Positions 8,818-18,477 of a stretch of DNA of 64,000 bases are shown in pieces (position 1 is the stretch's first letter; each line of letters starts with the position of its first letter). The DNA lies in IMG/VR virus record IMGVR_UViG_3300007511_000013; one strand, 5' to 3'. The notes beneath the pieces are model-generated. The model saw nothing but the letters and a program-made list of their open reading frames with translations. It had not been told where the DNA came from and made no database searches. A program made the translations under genes and the position numbers. The stretch is from an uncultured virus (IMG/VR IMGVR_UViG_3300007511_000013). Taxonomy: Duplodnaviria > Heunggongvirae > Uroviricota > Caudoviricetes.

Positions 8818-9023
8818 TCGGTGGTCCACTTTCTTCCGCACAATGCGCACCACCACTCTTTTTTTCCTTTTAAGAAATCACCTGTTTCGCGAACCATGGT
8901 CGAATGCCCCTTTGGGCAGCTTTCGGGCTTCTTATATACGGGGGCCTTGGGGGCGGGAGGGGGTTCTGTCTGGCGGTCGTATAAATCTCCATATACCTTG
9001 TCCCAATCGATGTCGCCAAACAT
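8814..9023 (-). CDS. Small zinc-ribbon protein
   Basis: CPKGH...WWCALCGRKW; AGGAG RBS. Confidence 0.6.
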   Translation of the reverse strand: MFGDIDWDKVYGDLYDRQTEPPPAPKAPVYKKPESCPKGHSTMVRETGDFLKGKKEWWCALCGRKWTTE

Positions 9024-9024
9024 T

Positions 9025-10023
9025 TTAAACTCCTATGGGCTGAGCTTTTTTTTCCTTATCTAGCTCGGGAAGTATATATTTAACTACAGCATTATACACA
9101 CTCTCTGGAGGGATGGATCCGATGCAAAAACAGCCATCATGATCGGAGGCCGGAAAACACTTATGCTCATTAGCATTGGCCTTCAATATAATTGTTTTAG
9201 GACCTACGGGGCGTCGTTTTTCTATTTCGTCATCGCGGAAGAATACCATCAAGAATTTATCTAGGCCCGCTGCAAGATGGGCAAGATAAGAATCATTAGA
9301 GATGACAACGTCGGCCGAATCTATGGCCGCCATGCACTCCTCAAGATTTAGCAGGCCTGCGAGATTTAGTGCAGCCGGGGCTAAATGTTCAATATGATTA
9401 CATATACCAATGCCTTCATAATCATCGACGAGGATAACTTTAAAATCGTTAGATAATAAATTTATAAATCTTGCATAATTCTCAATGCCCCAATTTTTCT
9501 TTACATCAATACCATCTTTCTTAAAACTTGGACAAACAACAACTTTTACCTTATCTTCAAAGGGGGCTAGCAAGGCATCTATGTGTTTAAAAGAATAGTG
9601 AGGAATGTCATAAAGAGAAGATGGATTTTCTCCAATAATATTCTTCACCATTTCCAAGTTAATATCAACCTCGTGATTATGAGTTTCTGATATTCTTGGG
9701 GCGCGGATAATGGCTTCACAGTCTAAATATGGATATAACCACTTGAATCCAGTATTCGAAGGAAAGGACTCAATACATACATCTATTTTCTTGCTGACAA
9801 TCCACGCTATAGTAGCATCGCCATTCTTTTCTTTTGTGGCGTCGAAGCCCTTAACTCCATCGACATATTCAAGGTCGTTGAACAACCCTTCCATGTTTGG
9901 AAAATCAGCCCCGCTATTAATTAATAGATAAACACTGTGTCCACTGCTGCTCAAAGCCTTTAAGACAGGAGTAAGCATGAGTGAACTTGAGGGGCTTCCA
10001 TCTTTGAGTATTAGAATATTCAT
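9025..10023 (-). CDS. GT9 (heptosyltransferase-like) glycosyltransferase
   Basis: KNWGIENY, NLAGLLNLEE, VISNDSYLAHLAAGL are GT9 C-domain motifs; the N-terminal GD motif is absent. Confidence 0.8.
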   Translation of the reverse strand: MNILILKDGSPSSSLMLTPVLKALSSSGHSVYLLINSGADFPNMEGLFNDLEYVDGVKGFDATKEKNGDATIAWIVSKKIDVCIESFPSNTGFKWLYPYLDCEAIIRAPRISETHNHEVDINLEMVKNIIGENPSSLYDIPHYSFKHIDALLAPFEDKVKVVVCPSFKKDGIDVKKNWGIENYARFINLLSNDFKVILVDDYEGIGICNHIEHLAPAALNLAGLLNLEECMAAIDSADVVISNDSYLAHLAAGLDKFLMVFFRDDEIEKRRPVGPKTIILKANANEHKCFPASDHDGCFCIGSIPPESVYNAVVKYILPELDKEKKAQPIGV

Positions 10024-10026
10024 TTA

Positions 10027-13000
10027 TCATCCTGTAAAAGCTAGGTGTTGATTCCACTTTTCCTTGTTGGCCCACCGAAGAATGTCCTTGGGATGTTTTT
10101 TAACATCTATAAAAAGAACGTCTTCTGAATAAAATTGGGTCTCAAGCTGTCTAATATCCTCGTCGGTAATTTCTTCCACCGGCTTTTTGATCCATTTGCC
10201 CGTCTTGCGGCGATCGGACCCGGTGTCTCCATGATATCTAACCTGTTTTTTCCAGAAATTTTCCATAGAAGCCTTGCGTCCATAATCAACCCACGAGTAA
10301 TGATAAACGCAAGGTACTTCTTCTGTATTACAACAGTTGCTAAGCATCTCGCTATACTTCTTTTTATTAATATAGCTCATGGGATTATCCGTTCTAAAGT
10401 GGGCATTCATCACATAAAGACGTCTATCCCAAACAATGGTGGTACGAATAAGGTGCCCGGTGTCTTCCCAAATGTATTCGCAGGAATCCGCATTCTCTCT
10501 TTCAAAGTATAAGTTGCCATCCTTGTATTTTCTAAACTGGATAGGTACATCGTGGACAATGTTGGGGAGGTTTTTAGAGAGGCGCCACTTATAGCAATTT
10601 TCTTTGGCACCGGTCGTCTTCATCCCTCCGTGGAATGTTATACAAGGGAGATCAAAGAGTACAGACGTTGGATCATTCCTGATGAGGTTTTTTATAGCAG
10701 GATACTGCCATTCGGGGACCATTTCATCACAATCTGTTTGCCATAGGTACTCGCCCTTGCATAATCTCCGAGCGAATGTCTTTTGAACTCCCATCATATT
10801 GGGCTTCTCATAGTCCCATGAATTCTGATCTAAAACGAGGCGCTTACCCCATTTCTTTTTCTGCTTCTTCAATAGTTCCCATGTGCCATCAGTAGAACCT
10901 CCATCTACCATGATAAATTCGTCAGAAAAGCCAAGATGATTTGATATAACTTCAGCTATAGGAAGCCCCATATCTATCCCATTTAGTATGATGCAATAGG
11001 TGCTAATGGAAACATCTTGAGCAAGATCAAAGATGTCAGACCAGCCTCGTTCTTTTGCCCAAGGAGATTCGCAGATAACTTGGATAACATCATCATAAAT
11101 ACTTATATTATCTATACATTTCTTGGGCATTGGGCACTTGGCTAAATGACAAGGCTTTAGACACTCGCCTCTATGAGGAGGATTAATAGCTATAGAGATG
11201 CTCTTTCCTATTAAAACATAGGGGTCCTTCTGAGGGGTTTCGGGCAGAACTTCGCAGACTCCACCGGCCACCAGTTGGGGTCGGGGAATACAGTTTCGAT
11301 CAAAGGTCGATCCGAACAGGGTGACACAGTCAGTTCCTACTGCGGCTGCGACATGGCCCGGGAATGAATCCATACCTATGTGAAGCTTAGACTTAGATAA
11401 TATCCAAGCTAATTCTTGTGGACTCGTCTGGCCTCTTAAATCATAAACACCATGCTGCATTATATTGTTGAGAGGAGGGTCTTCCTTGCCACCAACATGG
11501 ACTATGGGTAATCTACAATACTTTATCAGCCCTTGCATATTATAATAATTTTTAATAGCCAAGGACGTCCCAGTATGAACTGTAATAAAGTCAGACTCCC
11601 AATCGAGTTCATCCAGCTTAAGGGCCTCTGGTTTTTTCTTTTCAATAAAAACATTCTCTGCCTTGACTCCGCACATGTCGGCATACACATCCATAAGATG
11701 TTTGCCATGACCATTATGAAGCCAATGGGGAATCTTCTGAGTTAATATATAGGGATTAAAGCACATCTTAAAGTGGCCAGCATCCTGATTGTTTCCCTCG
11801 GCAACACGATAATCCATTAAAGAATTACTATACTTGATGACCTTTTTGATGTGGGGATTGCCCTCAAGGATATTCATGTATTTTTCCGAGGTGGCAAAAT
11901 ATATGGAGGCATCTGGGTGCTTCTTGGCGATGCCGGCTACCACCGCTGTACTCAGAAGGACGTCACCGGCGGTTTCTGGCATAGCATAGAGAATTCTTTC
12001 CTTGTCAGTGGGGTCAATGACCTGAACGACGCTTTCGATACGCTCCTCTTCTCCCACTCTAAGTCTTTCAAGCTTATTATTTTCTTCGGCCTTATTTCGA
12101 AAGAACTTCTCGATCTGTTCTACGGAGCGATCTGACTTCAGCCAGTCGATAACACCATCTTCATGAACATCTTCGTGGAGCACATTCTCATAGAGCCAAC
12201 GGATTGACTTTTCCTTGTCGTCTTTTATATTTGATGGTATTTGATCTGGGGCCTTCTTGATGTCGATGGGCTTATCCCACGTTTTACTTCTATCTTTGGC
12301 CTCATCATTTCTAAAATAATTAATCCAAATATCTGCTGCCTTATCCCAGCTATTAAGAACGTGATCGCGTCCACGCAAGCCCTCTTTTTTACGGCGACCG
12401 GAACTCCAACTACGCAGCGCCATGGTGACCTTTTTAGCGAAGTCTTCTTCGGAAAAAAGGGACCTTCTCTGCATGGTCCCCGAATCGGTGAAGGTTCCAG
12501 CTATTTTCATTGGAATGCCACCGGGGGCATTAACCTGCTCTTCAGTTGCGCTCCACTCGGACGCTAAAATAGGAACACCGCAAGCTTTGGCCTCGCTCAG
12601 GGGCATTCCATACCCCTCGCAAACGGAAGCTTGAACATACAAGTCCATCGCATTATAGATGTGTGCAAACTTGTCATTAGGCAAGCCCTTGCCAGTGTTG
12701 GGGGTCTTAACTGCCTTCTTTTGGCAGACCGGACAGGCACTCAGTTCGCCTCGCCAACTATCTATAAAAAAGTGATCACAATTGCTGCAGATAAAAGTAA
12801 ATAAAACTCTATCCTGTAGCCCGTTGCGTTTAACCTCAAGGGGGATATCCCATCCTACATCGGGAATAGATGTGTGAAGAAGCAAGTAGGGAAGCTTTCT
12901 CTTGCTTTTTTTGATCTTATTGTTTTTCTTGTAGTGCCTATCCCACTCTTTTAGCATCTTTTTAAAAGAAAGGATGAGGCGAGGGTAGAGTTTGCGCTGT

Positions 13001-13656
13001 TGGTTGCGCATAACCGTACCTATAATAAGATCGTCTGGCTTGAGCCCTAGTGATTCTTTAATCTTCGCTTTGTCGAGGGGCTGGAAGGACTCGGTATCAA
13101 CGCCTGGGGAGGGTGTACCTAAAACCTTAATTTTAGAACTTTGATTCTCCAGCACCTTCTTTCCGTACTGAGAATAGGTGAAAATAGCATCGGCCTTTTC
13201 ATACATGTTGACCCACTCAGGCTTCTGAGGGTGACCATCGATGCAGGCCATGAGAGACCATTTGAAATTATCGCGCAGCTTTGTTTTGTGTTGCCATTCC
13301 ACCATCCACGGATCACGGATGTCGCAAACATAATCGGGGCGGAAATCTACTAAAACTTGATCAAATTTCCACTTGCCAAACTGGTTTAGCTTATAATCTT
13401 TTTTATAGGCCTTGTCTTCGGAGGGGTCTGCGCGGAACTTCCCGTTGGCCCCCCTAACAATTTTGGGGAGGGCACCGTAGAATTTCCATGGGACATTATC
13501 AATTCGAGGATCATTGGACGACATATATGATCCATATTCTGCTACTTCAAATTCTCCCGTATCATTTATGCGACTTATTACTTCACGCCAGTATGTTGCA
13601 AAACCCGTCATTAAGGGCGTGGCTTCGCCCAAAAAAAGAATTTTCTTCTTAGTCAT
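10027..13656 (-). CDS. Multi-domain glycosyltransferase: GT4 (with Zn-ribbon insert) + GT9 + GT2
   Basis: GT4: TGFATY, RNQQRK, YNAMDLYVQASVCEGYGMPLSEAKACGVP. GT9: AGDVLL, DLRGQTS, GMDSFPGHVAAAVGT. GT2: VDGGSTDGTWE, WQTDCDE, YHYSW. Confidence 0.9.
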   Translation of the reverse strand: MTKKKILFLGEATPLMTGFATYWREVISRINDTGEFEVAEYGSYMSSNDPRIDNVPWKFYGALPKIVRGANGKFRADPSEDKAYKKDYKLNQFGKWKFDQVLVDFRPDYVCDIRDPWMVEWQHKTKLRDNFKWSLMACIDGHPQKPEWVNMYEKADAIFTYSQYGKKVLENQSSKIKVLGTPSPGVDTESFQPLDKAKIKESLGLKPDDLIIGTVMRNQQRKLYPRLILSFKKMLKEWDRHYKKNNKIKKSKRKLPYLLLHTSIPDVGWDIPLEVKRNGLQDRVLFTFICSNCDHFFIDSWRGELSACPVCQKKAVKTPNTGKGLPNDKFAHIYNAMDLYVQASVCEGYGMPLSEAKACGVPILASEWSATEEQVNAPGGIPMKIAGTFTDSGTMQRRSLFSEEDFAKKVTMALRSWSSGRRKKEGLRGRDHVLNSWDKAADIWINYFRNDEAKDRSKTWDKPIDIKKAPDQIPSNIKDDKEKSIRWLYENVLHEDVHEDGVIDWLKSDRSVEQIEKFFRNKAEENNKLERLRVGEEERIESVVQVIDPTDKERILYAMPETAGDVLLSTAVVAGIAKKHPDASIYFATSEKYMNILEGNPHIKKVIKYSNSLMDYRVAEGNNQDAGHFKMCFNPYILTQKIPHWLHNGHGKHLMDVYADMCGVKAENVFIEKKKPEALKLDELDWESDFITVHTGTSLAIKNYYNMQGLIKYCRLPIVHVGGKEDPPLNNIMQHGVYDLRGQTSPQELAWILSKSKLHIGMDSFPGHVAAAVGTDCVTLFGSTFDRNCIPRPQLVAGGVCEVLPETPQKDPYVLIGKSISIAINPPHRGECLKPCHLAKCPMPKKCIDNISIYDDVIQVICESPWAKERGWSDIFDLAQDVSISTYCIILNGIDMGLPIAEVISNHLGFSDEFIMVDGGSTDGTWELLKKQKKKWGKRLVLDQNSWDYEKPNMMGVQKTFARRLCKGEYLWQTDCDEMVPEWQYPAIKNLIRNDPTSVLFDLPCITFHGGMKTTGAKENCYKWRLSKNLPNIVHDVPIQFRKYKDGNLYFERENADSCEYIWEDTGHLIRTTIVWDRRLYVMNAHFRTDNPMSYINKKKYSEMLSNCCNTEEVPCVYHYSWVDYGRKASMENFWKKQVRYHGDTGSDRRKTGKWIKKPVEEITDEDIRQLETQFYSEDVLFIDVKKHPKDILRWANKEKWNQHLAFTG

Positions 13657-14290
13657 ATATTGCGCCCCGGATTTTCTTGATGGCGTTTGCTTCTATGTGT
13701 CGAATCCACTCAGGACTAAAGCCAAGAACCTCGCCAATCTTTCTTAAAGTCGCACCCCCATACCTTAATTGAACAACCCTCTTCTCCGCATCTGATAATC
13801 CAGACTCCTCTATGATGGTTTCACAGGGGATTTCATCGTTGCAATCACATGCCGACCAGTCAATTCTACTCAACTTGGCCAATGTTTTTACATCAATATA
13901 CTGCCGATCCGACAAGGCAAGATCTTCCTTAATTTTCTTATCTGCAATCCCTCTTTTAGATAGCGCATTGAATTTGGAAACTAGTCGTCTCATTTTGGTG
14001 CCAACTGTAAAGGGCCCACTGAACTTGCTAGCTTCTCTCTTCATTATATTGCGAATACAAGAGGTCAAATATGTAGAAAATTTAGTTCCTTCCTTTGGAT
14101 CGTAATTATCAATTATGCGGAGGAAGAGGGCTGTGAGGGCCTCCTGTTCGTAATCTTCAGAGTCGCAAACATTATTGCTCTTACGAAAACGGCTAGCCTC
14201 CCTTCTTATCAGGGAGGCATTTTTTTCCATAAGAGCACTAAATTTCTCGCTCTTTGTCAAATTACTACTAAGGATTTCCTCATTTGTCAT
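13649..14290 (-). CDS. Sigma-70-family RNA polymerase sigma factor
   Basis: Region 2 (EDYEQEA...NYDPKEGTKFSTY) and region 4 HTH (LSDAEKRVVQLRY..TLRKIGEVLGFSPEWIRHIE). Confidence 0.9.
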   Translation of the reverse strand: MTNEEILSSNLTKSEKFSALMEKNASLIRREASRFRKSNNVCDSEDYEQEALTALFLRIIDNYDPKEGTKFSTYLTSCIRNIMKREASKFSGPFTVGTKMRRLVSKFNALSKRGIADKKIKEDLALSDRQYIDVKTLAKLSRIDWSACDCNDEIPCETIIEESGLSDAEKRVVQLRYGGATLRKIGEVLGFSPEWIRHIEANAIKKIRGAIYD

Positions 14291-14299
14291 CTTACATTC

Positions 14300-14764
14300 C
14301 TACCAAACTGGATCGAGATCATTTCCCTCCTTAAAGGGGGCATCTGCCTTTCCTGCTGTTGCCTTCTTTCTACCGCGAGTACGAGTAGTCTTTCGTTCTG
14401 CTGGTTTCGCTGGGGCCTCTTGGGCCTCGGATGTTGCAGTAGTCTCGCGAGGGCGAGCCCCAAGAGAAACATCCTCTGCAACAACAACCAGTTTGGAACG
14501 AGGATTATCGTTATCATCGCGCCAAGAATCCTGGCGAAGATAGCCGGAAACACGTAGCTCAGAACCCTTCTGGGTATACTCAGCTATAATTTCAGCAACA
14601 CGGCCCCAAGAGTCGCAATCAAGAAAAGCTACAGCGCGATTCTCTCCGCGACGCCTATTGACCGCAAGCCGAAACTTGCAAAGTGGCGTCTCCTTGGCTC
14701 CAACGTGTGAAAATTCTGGATCCGCCGTAAGCCTACCAACTAAATTTACCTGATTCATGTCCAT
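14300..14764 (-). CDS. ssb: Single-stranded DNA-binding protein
   Basis: MNQVNLVGRLTADPE...FRLAVNR...KGSELRVSGYLRQDSW; acidic/aromatic C-tail DLDPVW. Confidence 0.95.
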   Translation of the reverse strand: MDMNQVNLVGRLTADPEFSHVGAKETPLCKFRLAVNRRRGENRAVAFLDCDSWGRVAEIIAEYTQKGSELRVSGYLRQDSWRDDNDNPRSKLVVVAEDVSLGARPRETTATSEAQEAPAKPAERKTTRTRGRKKATAGKADAPFKEGNDLDPVW

Positions 14765-14809
14765 TTTTCATCCTCCTTAAGATTTTGTTAAACCGTATAC
14801 TCTATTATA

Positions 14810-16378
14810 CTATAAATTTTCTACTTTGTTAAGTATAAAAGAATTTCCTTGTTTGTAACCAGTAACCTGCACAACATTCTCTTCTCTCAAACTATGGCGA
14901 CACCTCCCATACTGTCGGGAAAATATTACACAACTATCAATCATGTAAGAACTATCTGAGATGGCAACGAAGGCCATGTCATTCCCATTTTTATCAACGT
15001 GCTTCTTAACCTTTTCGACCATGGCGGCAAATATAAAGCGGGAACCATCTGGTGCATCAACAAATTCCATGCACGGAGTATAGTCATCGACATATTTCTC
15101 ATCGCCTGCCGTAAATGAAACTCCTATATAAAATTTCTCAAAACTGATTTCTCCGCGAACGCTCTCTGCCGTCATATATTTAATATGAGCATCTATCAAT
15201 TCTCCTATGGCCTTGGCGCGCCGCGCGGTTGGTCGGCGCACGCCAACCTCCTCAAAGAATTTTTTATCCCGAGTGAGAAGTTCCTCAACCAAGTTGCGTA
15301 GGTTAAAATCACCCCCCTTCTTATGGTCGATAAGTGGAAAAGATATTATAAATTTTAGAACCTTCTTCTCATTGGGCGTCAACTCTCTGAGGAGATTGAA
15401 GTCCGCATACATATTATAACGTGAAACCTTAAATTTGTCAAGGGCCCCCGACCAAATTAATGCATCAAGCACAGTCTTCTTAGCTGGCTTATCAAAGAAC
15501 TTCTTAACAAGCTCTTCGTAAGTTTTTACATCACATTTCTTAACCTCTCCATATGTAGATTTTCCAATGCCCTTGATGTGCGAGAGGCCAAAGGCAATAT
15601 GCCTGTCTCCCACTATCTTAAAATCCATTGTTATTTCATCAATGCTGGGAGGCAAGACTTCTATGCCCATGAGCTTCCCATCATTTACAATTGTTAATAT
15701 CTGATCTGTTTGCTCCTTTGAACCTGTTCCAGATTTGTTTAAAAGGGCGGTAAAAAACTCTGTTGTATAATGGGTCTTTGCCCAGGCTGTCTTATAGGCA
15801 AGGGTAGCATAACAGACGGCGTGTGACTTATTGAAGGCATAACCGGACATTGGTAGAATCCAATTCCAAATCTGATCTGCTAGCTCTTGCTCGTAACCAT
15901 TCTTTAGACATCCACCAACAAATTTTTCTTTCATTTCCGCCAGCTGCTCTGGCAATTTCTTGCCTACTGCTTTGCGAATTTTGTCTGCTTCTACGAGGTC
16001 CAATCCGGCGATCTGCCATGCTAATTCCATTATCTGCTCTTGATATACAAGGGCGCCAAATGTCGGACCTAAGATAGGCTCAAGATCAGGATGAAGAAAG
16101 GAGGCAGGCTTGTGTCCTAACTTAACCGCTATATACTCTTCCATCATGCCGGCCTTCAGTGGACCGGTACGAGCCAGGCTTGTAAAGTCGGCCAACGAAA
16201 GAATAGAGGTTGGCTTGAACTGGCCAATCCACTTGCGGGCCGTTGGGCCTTCAATCTGAAAGACTCCTATGGGGCTGCGTGCAATAATATCAAAGACGAG
16301 CGGACAATCCTTCTTCATTGTTTCGATGTTGAAGGACACATCCTTGCGACATCCACATTTAAAGTTCGGGGAGTCCAC
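14810..16378 (-). CDS. dnaE: DNA polymerase III alpha, C-terminal half (fingers, HhH, OB); start uncertain (GTG 16378 or ATG 16450)
   Basis: GVFQIEG, LARTGPL, TFGALVYQEQIM, ADKIRKAVGKK, GYAFNKSHAVCYA, FGLSHIKGIG, OB-fold DKNGNDMAFV. Confidence 0.9.
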   Translation of the reverse strand: MDSPNFKCGCRKDVSFNIETMKKDCPLVFDIIARSPIGVFQIEGPTARKWIGQFKPTSILSLADFTSLARTGPLKAGMMEEYIAVKLGHKPASFLHPDLEPILGPTFGALVYQEQIMELAWQIAGLDLVEADKIRKAVGKKLPEQLAEMKEKFVGGCLKNGYEQELADQIWNWILPMSGYAFNKSHAVCYATLAYKTAWAKTHYTTEFFTALLNKSGTGSKEQTDQILTIVNDGKLMGIEVLPPSIDEITMDFKIVGDRHIAFGLSHIKGIGKSTYGEVKKCDVKTYEELVKKFFDKPAKKTVLDALIWSGALDKFKVSRYNMYADFNLLRELTPNEKKVLKFIISFPLIDHKKGGDFNLRNLVEELLTRDKKFFEEVGVRRPTARRAKAIGELIDAHIKYMTAESVRGEISFEKFYIGVSFTAGDEKYVDDYTPCMEFVDAPDGSRFIFAAMVEKVKKHVDKNGNDMAFVAISDSSYMIDSCVIFSRQYGRCRHSLREENVVQVTGYKQGNSFILNKVENL

Positions 16379-16742
16379 GTCTCTTGCGCCATTGGTTGAC
16401 TTGACCGAGCTTGCCTTCGCGGACGAGCCTGTCTTTTTGCTTTTTATCATTTGCCTCTCTCTTCCTTTCAGTCTGCTCAGCGAACCACTCCTTTGGCTTA
16501 GTGTGTTCGCGAGCAAATGAATCCTTTTCCATTAAGTCTCTTATCTTTATTTCTGTTCGAGTACCAACTCTGGCGTTACCATGATATCTAAAGGTATCAA
16601 CTGACTCACACTTTGGACAAGGATGCCCGCCCTCACTCATTTTAGCAATTGTCATGAAGGCTTGCCAAATTTCTTCGCACCCCTTACATTTAAAATCATA
16701 TCTTATAGGATGATTTCCACCAGTAATATTCCATTCAACCAT
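16359..16742 (-). CDS. FmdB-family zinc-ribbon protein between the two dnaE halves
   Basis: PIRYDFKCKGC...CPKCES; ATG 16742 with GGAGG RBS overlapping the end of dnaE-N. Confidence 0.75.
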   Translation of the reverse strand: MVEWNITGGNHPIRYDFKCKGCEEIWQAFMTIAKMSEGGHPCPKCESVDTFRYHGNARVGTRTEIKIRDLMEKDSFAREHTKPKEWFAEQTERKREANDKKQKDRLVREGKLGQVNQWRKRRGLPEL

Positions 16743-16744
16743 TC

Positions 16745-18469
16745 TCAACCTCCCTCAACCAAACCCCTTGTAATTGAAAGTATGTCAAGATTTTTAAGAC
16801 CAAGAATGTCTGCCTTAAGTAAGTTCATTTTGTCCAACGAATGATAATCATAACCTGTCACAATCTTTTTACCCTTAGGATCCCAAGTCATTGGTATTAA
16901 TCCCTCCTCTACATTTCTATCAAGAATGATATAAGCAGAAGGGTGGATAGACGTATGACGTGGCATATCAACAAGATGTTCAGCTATTTTAAACAAAGTA
17001 CCATACTTTTTTCGCCACTTATTAAGATCATCGGACAAGTAGGCCTCAGCAAAGCTATCAGTCTTTGCGGGTATTGTAGAGGTAATGGTGTTGACCTCCT
17101 CATGAGGCATGCCTAAAGTTCTACCGATATCCTTCAATACGCCCTTGATTTTCATCTTTCCAAAAGATACCACTGGTAGGACGCGGTCCTTGCCAAAAGT
17201 ATGCTCAATAAAATCAATAACCTTTGTGCGACTATCCTGAGAGAAGTCCGCATCAATATCCGGAAGTCCAACACCTGCTCGTCCACTATTCCAAAAGCGC
17301 TCCCAATACAATTTGTAGGGCATGGGGTCAATATTGGTGATGCCAAGCATGTAAGAAATGAGGCTACCTGCGGCGCTTCCGCGGCCATCACCTGTTTCTA
17401 TTCCGCCATCGCGGGCCCATTTGATGTAGTGCTGAGTTATTAGGAAATAGTCGGCTAGATCACAACCCTCAATATCTTTCAACTCTCTTTGTACACGATC
17501 ATTATATTCGGAGGCATTCTTGCGGGCGCCGAACCCCTTACTATACCAGGCGTCCCTTAACATCTTCTTCAAGAAATCAAGAGAGGAGAGTTCGCCCGGC
17601 ACAAATGGGTATTGAGGAATTTTAATATCCTTATCGATGGTGACATTACATCTATCTGCAACCTTTTGGGTTTCCCAGATCTCCTCTCTATGCCATCCCT
17701 CTTCTTCCAGAATCTCCTCGTCCTTCATGTAGTATTCGTCGGTAGAAAAGGCGAAGCGCTTTCCGCCCTCATAGAGGGGCTTGTCGGACATCTTGCTATT
17801 GGTATTTATCGCAAGGAGCACTTCGTGATAATAAGCGTCATCCTTATTAACATAGTGACTATCGTTACTAACTATGCGAGGAATGCCCATCTTCTTAGAC
17901 CAGTGACGCAGCTTCTTGGTTATCTTTGGCTGACCTGGCACACCGCTATCTTGGACTTCAATATAGAAGCGATCCTCGAATACTTCGCGCAACTTCTTAA
18001 TGAGAGCGATCGCCTTGTCATCTTCATCGTTGAGCGCATGCTGTGAAATTAAAGATGCAAAGCAGCCGCTGAAAACTATCAGCCCCTCTTGATTTTCAAT
18101 AAGATCATCTACCGTGATGCGCGGATTAAAATAAAACTGCGAGGCGGCGCGGGCCGTAAGACGATTAAGGCTTTTCAAGCCATCATTATTCATCGCAATC
18201 ACACTCATGTGCGAATTGATGCGCTTATTCTTGTCCTCCTCATTTTTGAGACTATAGCCCATGTAAAATTCGCATCCCAGAATCGGTTTAATCCCAGCCT
18301 TCTGGCACGCATCATAAAATTCTACATGACCGTAGCAGTTACCATGGTCCATTATACCAAGGGAGTCCTGCCCCATTTCTTTTGCCCTCTCTACCATTGA
18401 TGTAATAGTAGACTTTCCATCGAGCAAGCTATAAAAACTATGATTGTGTAAATTGCAAAAGCAAGCCAT
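16745..18469 (-). CDS. dnaE: DNA polymerase III alpha, N-terminal half (PHP + palm/thumb)
   Basis: LHNHSFYSLLDG, DHGN, GCEFY, NDSHY (PHP); GRGSAAGSL, PDIDADF, KADILGL (catalytic aspartates). Confidence 0.95.
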   Translation of the reverse strand: MACFCNLHNHSFYSLLDGKSTITSMVERAKEMGQDSLGIMDHGNCYGHVEFYDACQKAGIKPILGCEFYMGYSLKNEEDKNKRINSHMSVIAMNNDGLKSLNRLTARAASQFYFNPRITVDDLIENQEGLIVFSGCFASLISQHALNDEDDKAIALIKKLREVFEDRFYIEVQDSGVPGQPKITKKLRHWSKKMGIPRIVSNDSHYVNKDDAYYHEVLLAINTNSKMSDKPLYEGGKRFAFSTDEYYMKDEEILEEEGWHREEIWETQKVADRCNVTIDKDIKIPQYPFVPGELSSLDFLKKMLRDAWYSKGFGARKNASEYNDRVQRELKDIEGCDLADYFLITQHYIKWARDGGIETGDGRGSAAGSLISYMLGITNIDPMPYKLYWERFWNSGRAGVGLPDIDADFSQDSRTKVIDFIEHTFGKDRVLPVVSFGKMKIKGVLKDIGRTLGMPHEEVNTITSTIPAKTDSFAEAYLSDDLNKWRKKYGTLFKIAEHLVDMPRHTSIHPSAYIILDRNVEEGLIPMTWDPKGKKIVTGYDYHSLDKMNLLKADILGLKNLDILSITRGLVEGG

Positions 18470-18477
18470 ATTATCCT

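Noticed and set aside
16379..16516. ORF-track N-terminal extension of the dnaE C-half
   Set aside because: Overlaps the Zn-ribbon gene and has no DnaE similarity; a later start is more plausible
16359..16748. Split intein or self-splicing intron in dnaE
   Set aside because: No intein terminal motifs (C/S start, HN-C/S/T end) and no intron-like structure seen; the spacer is an ordinary small gene
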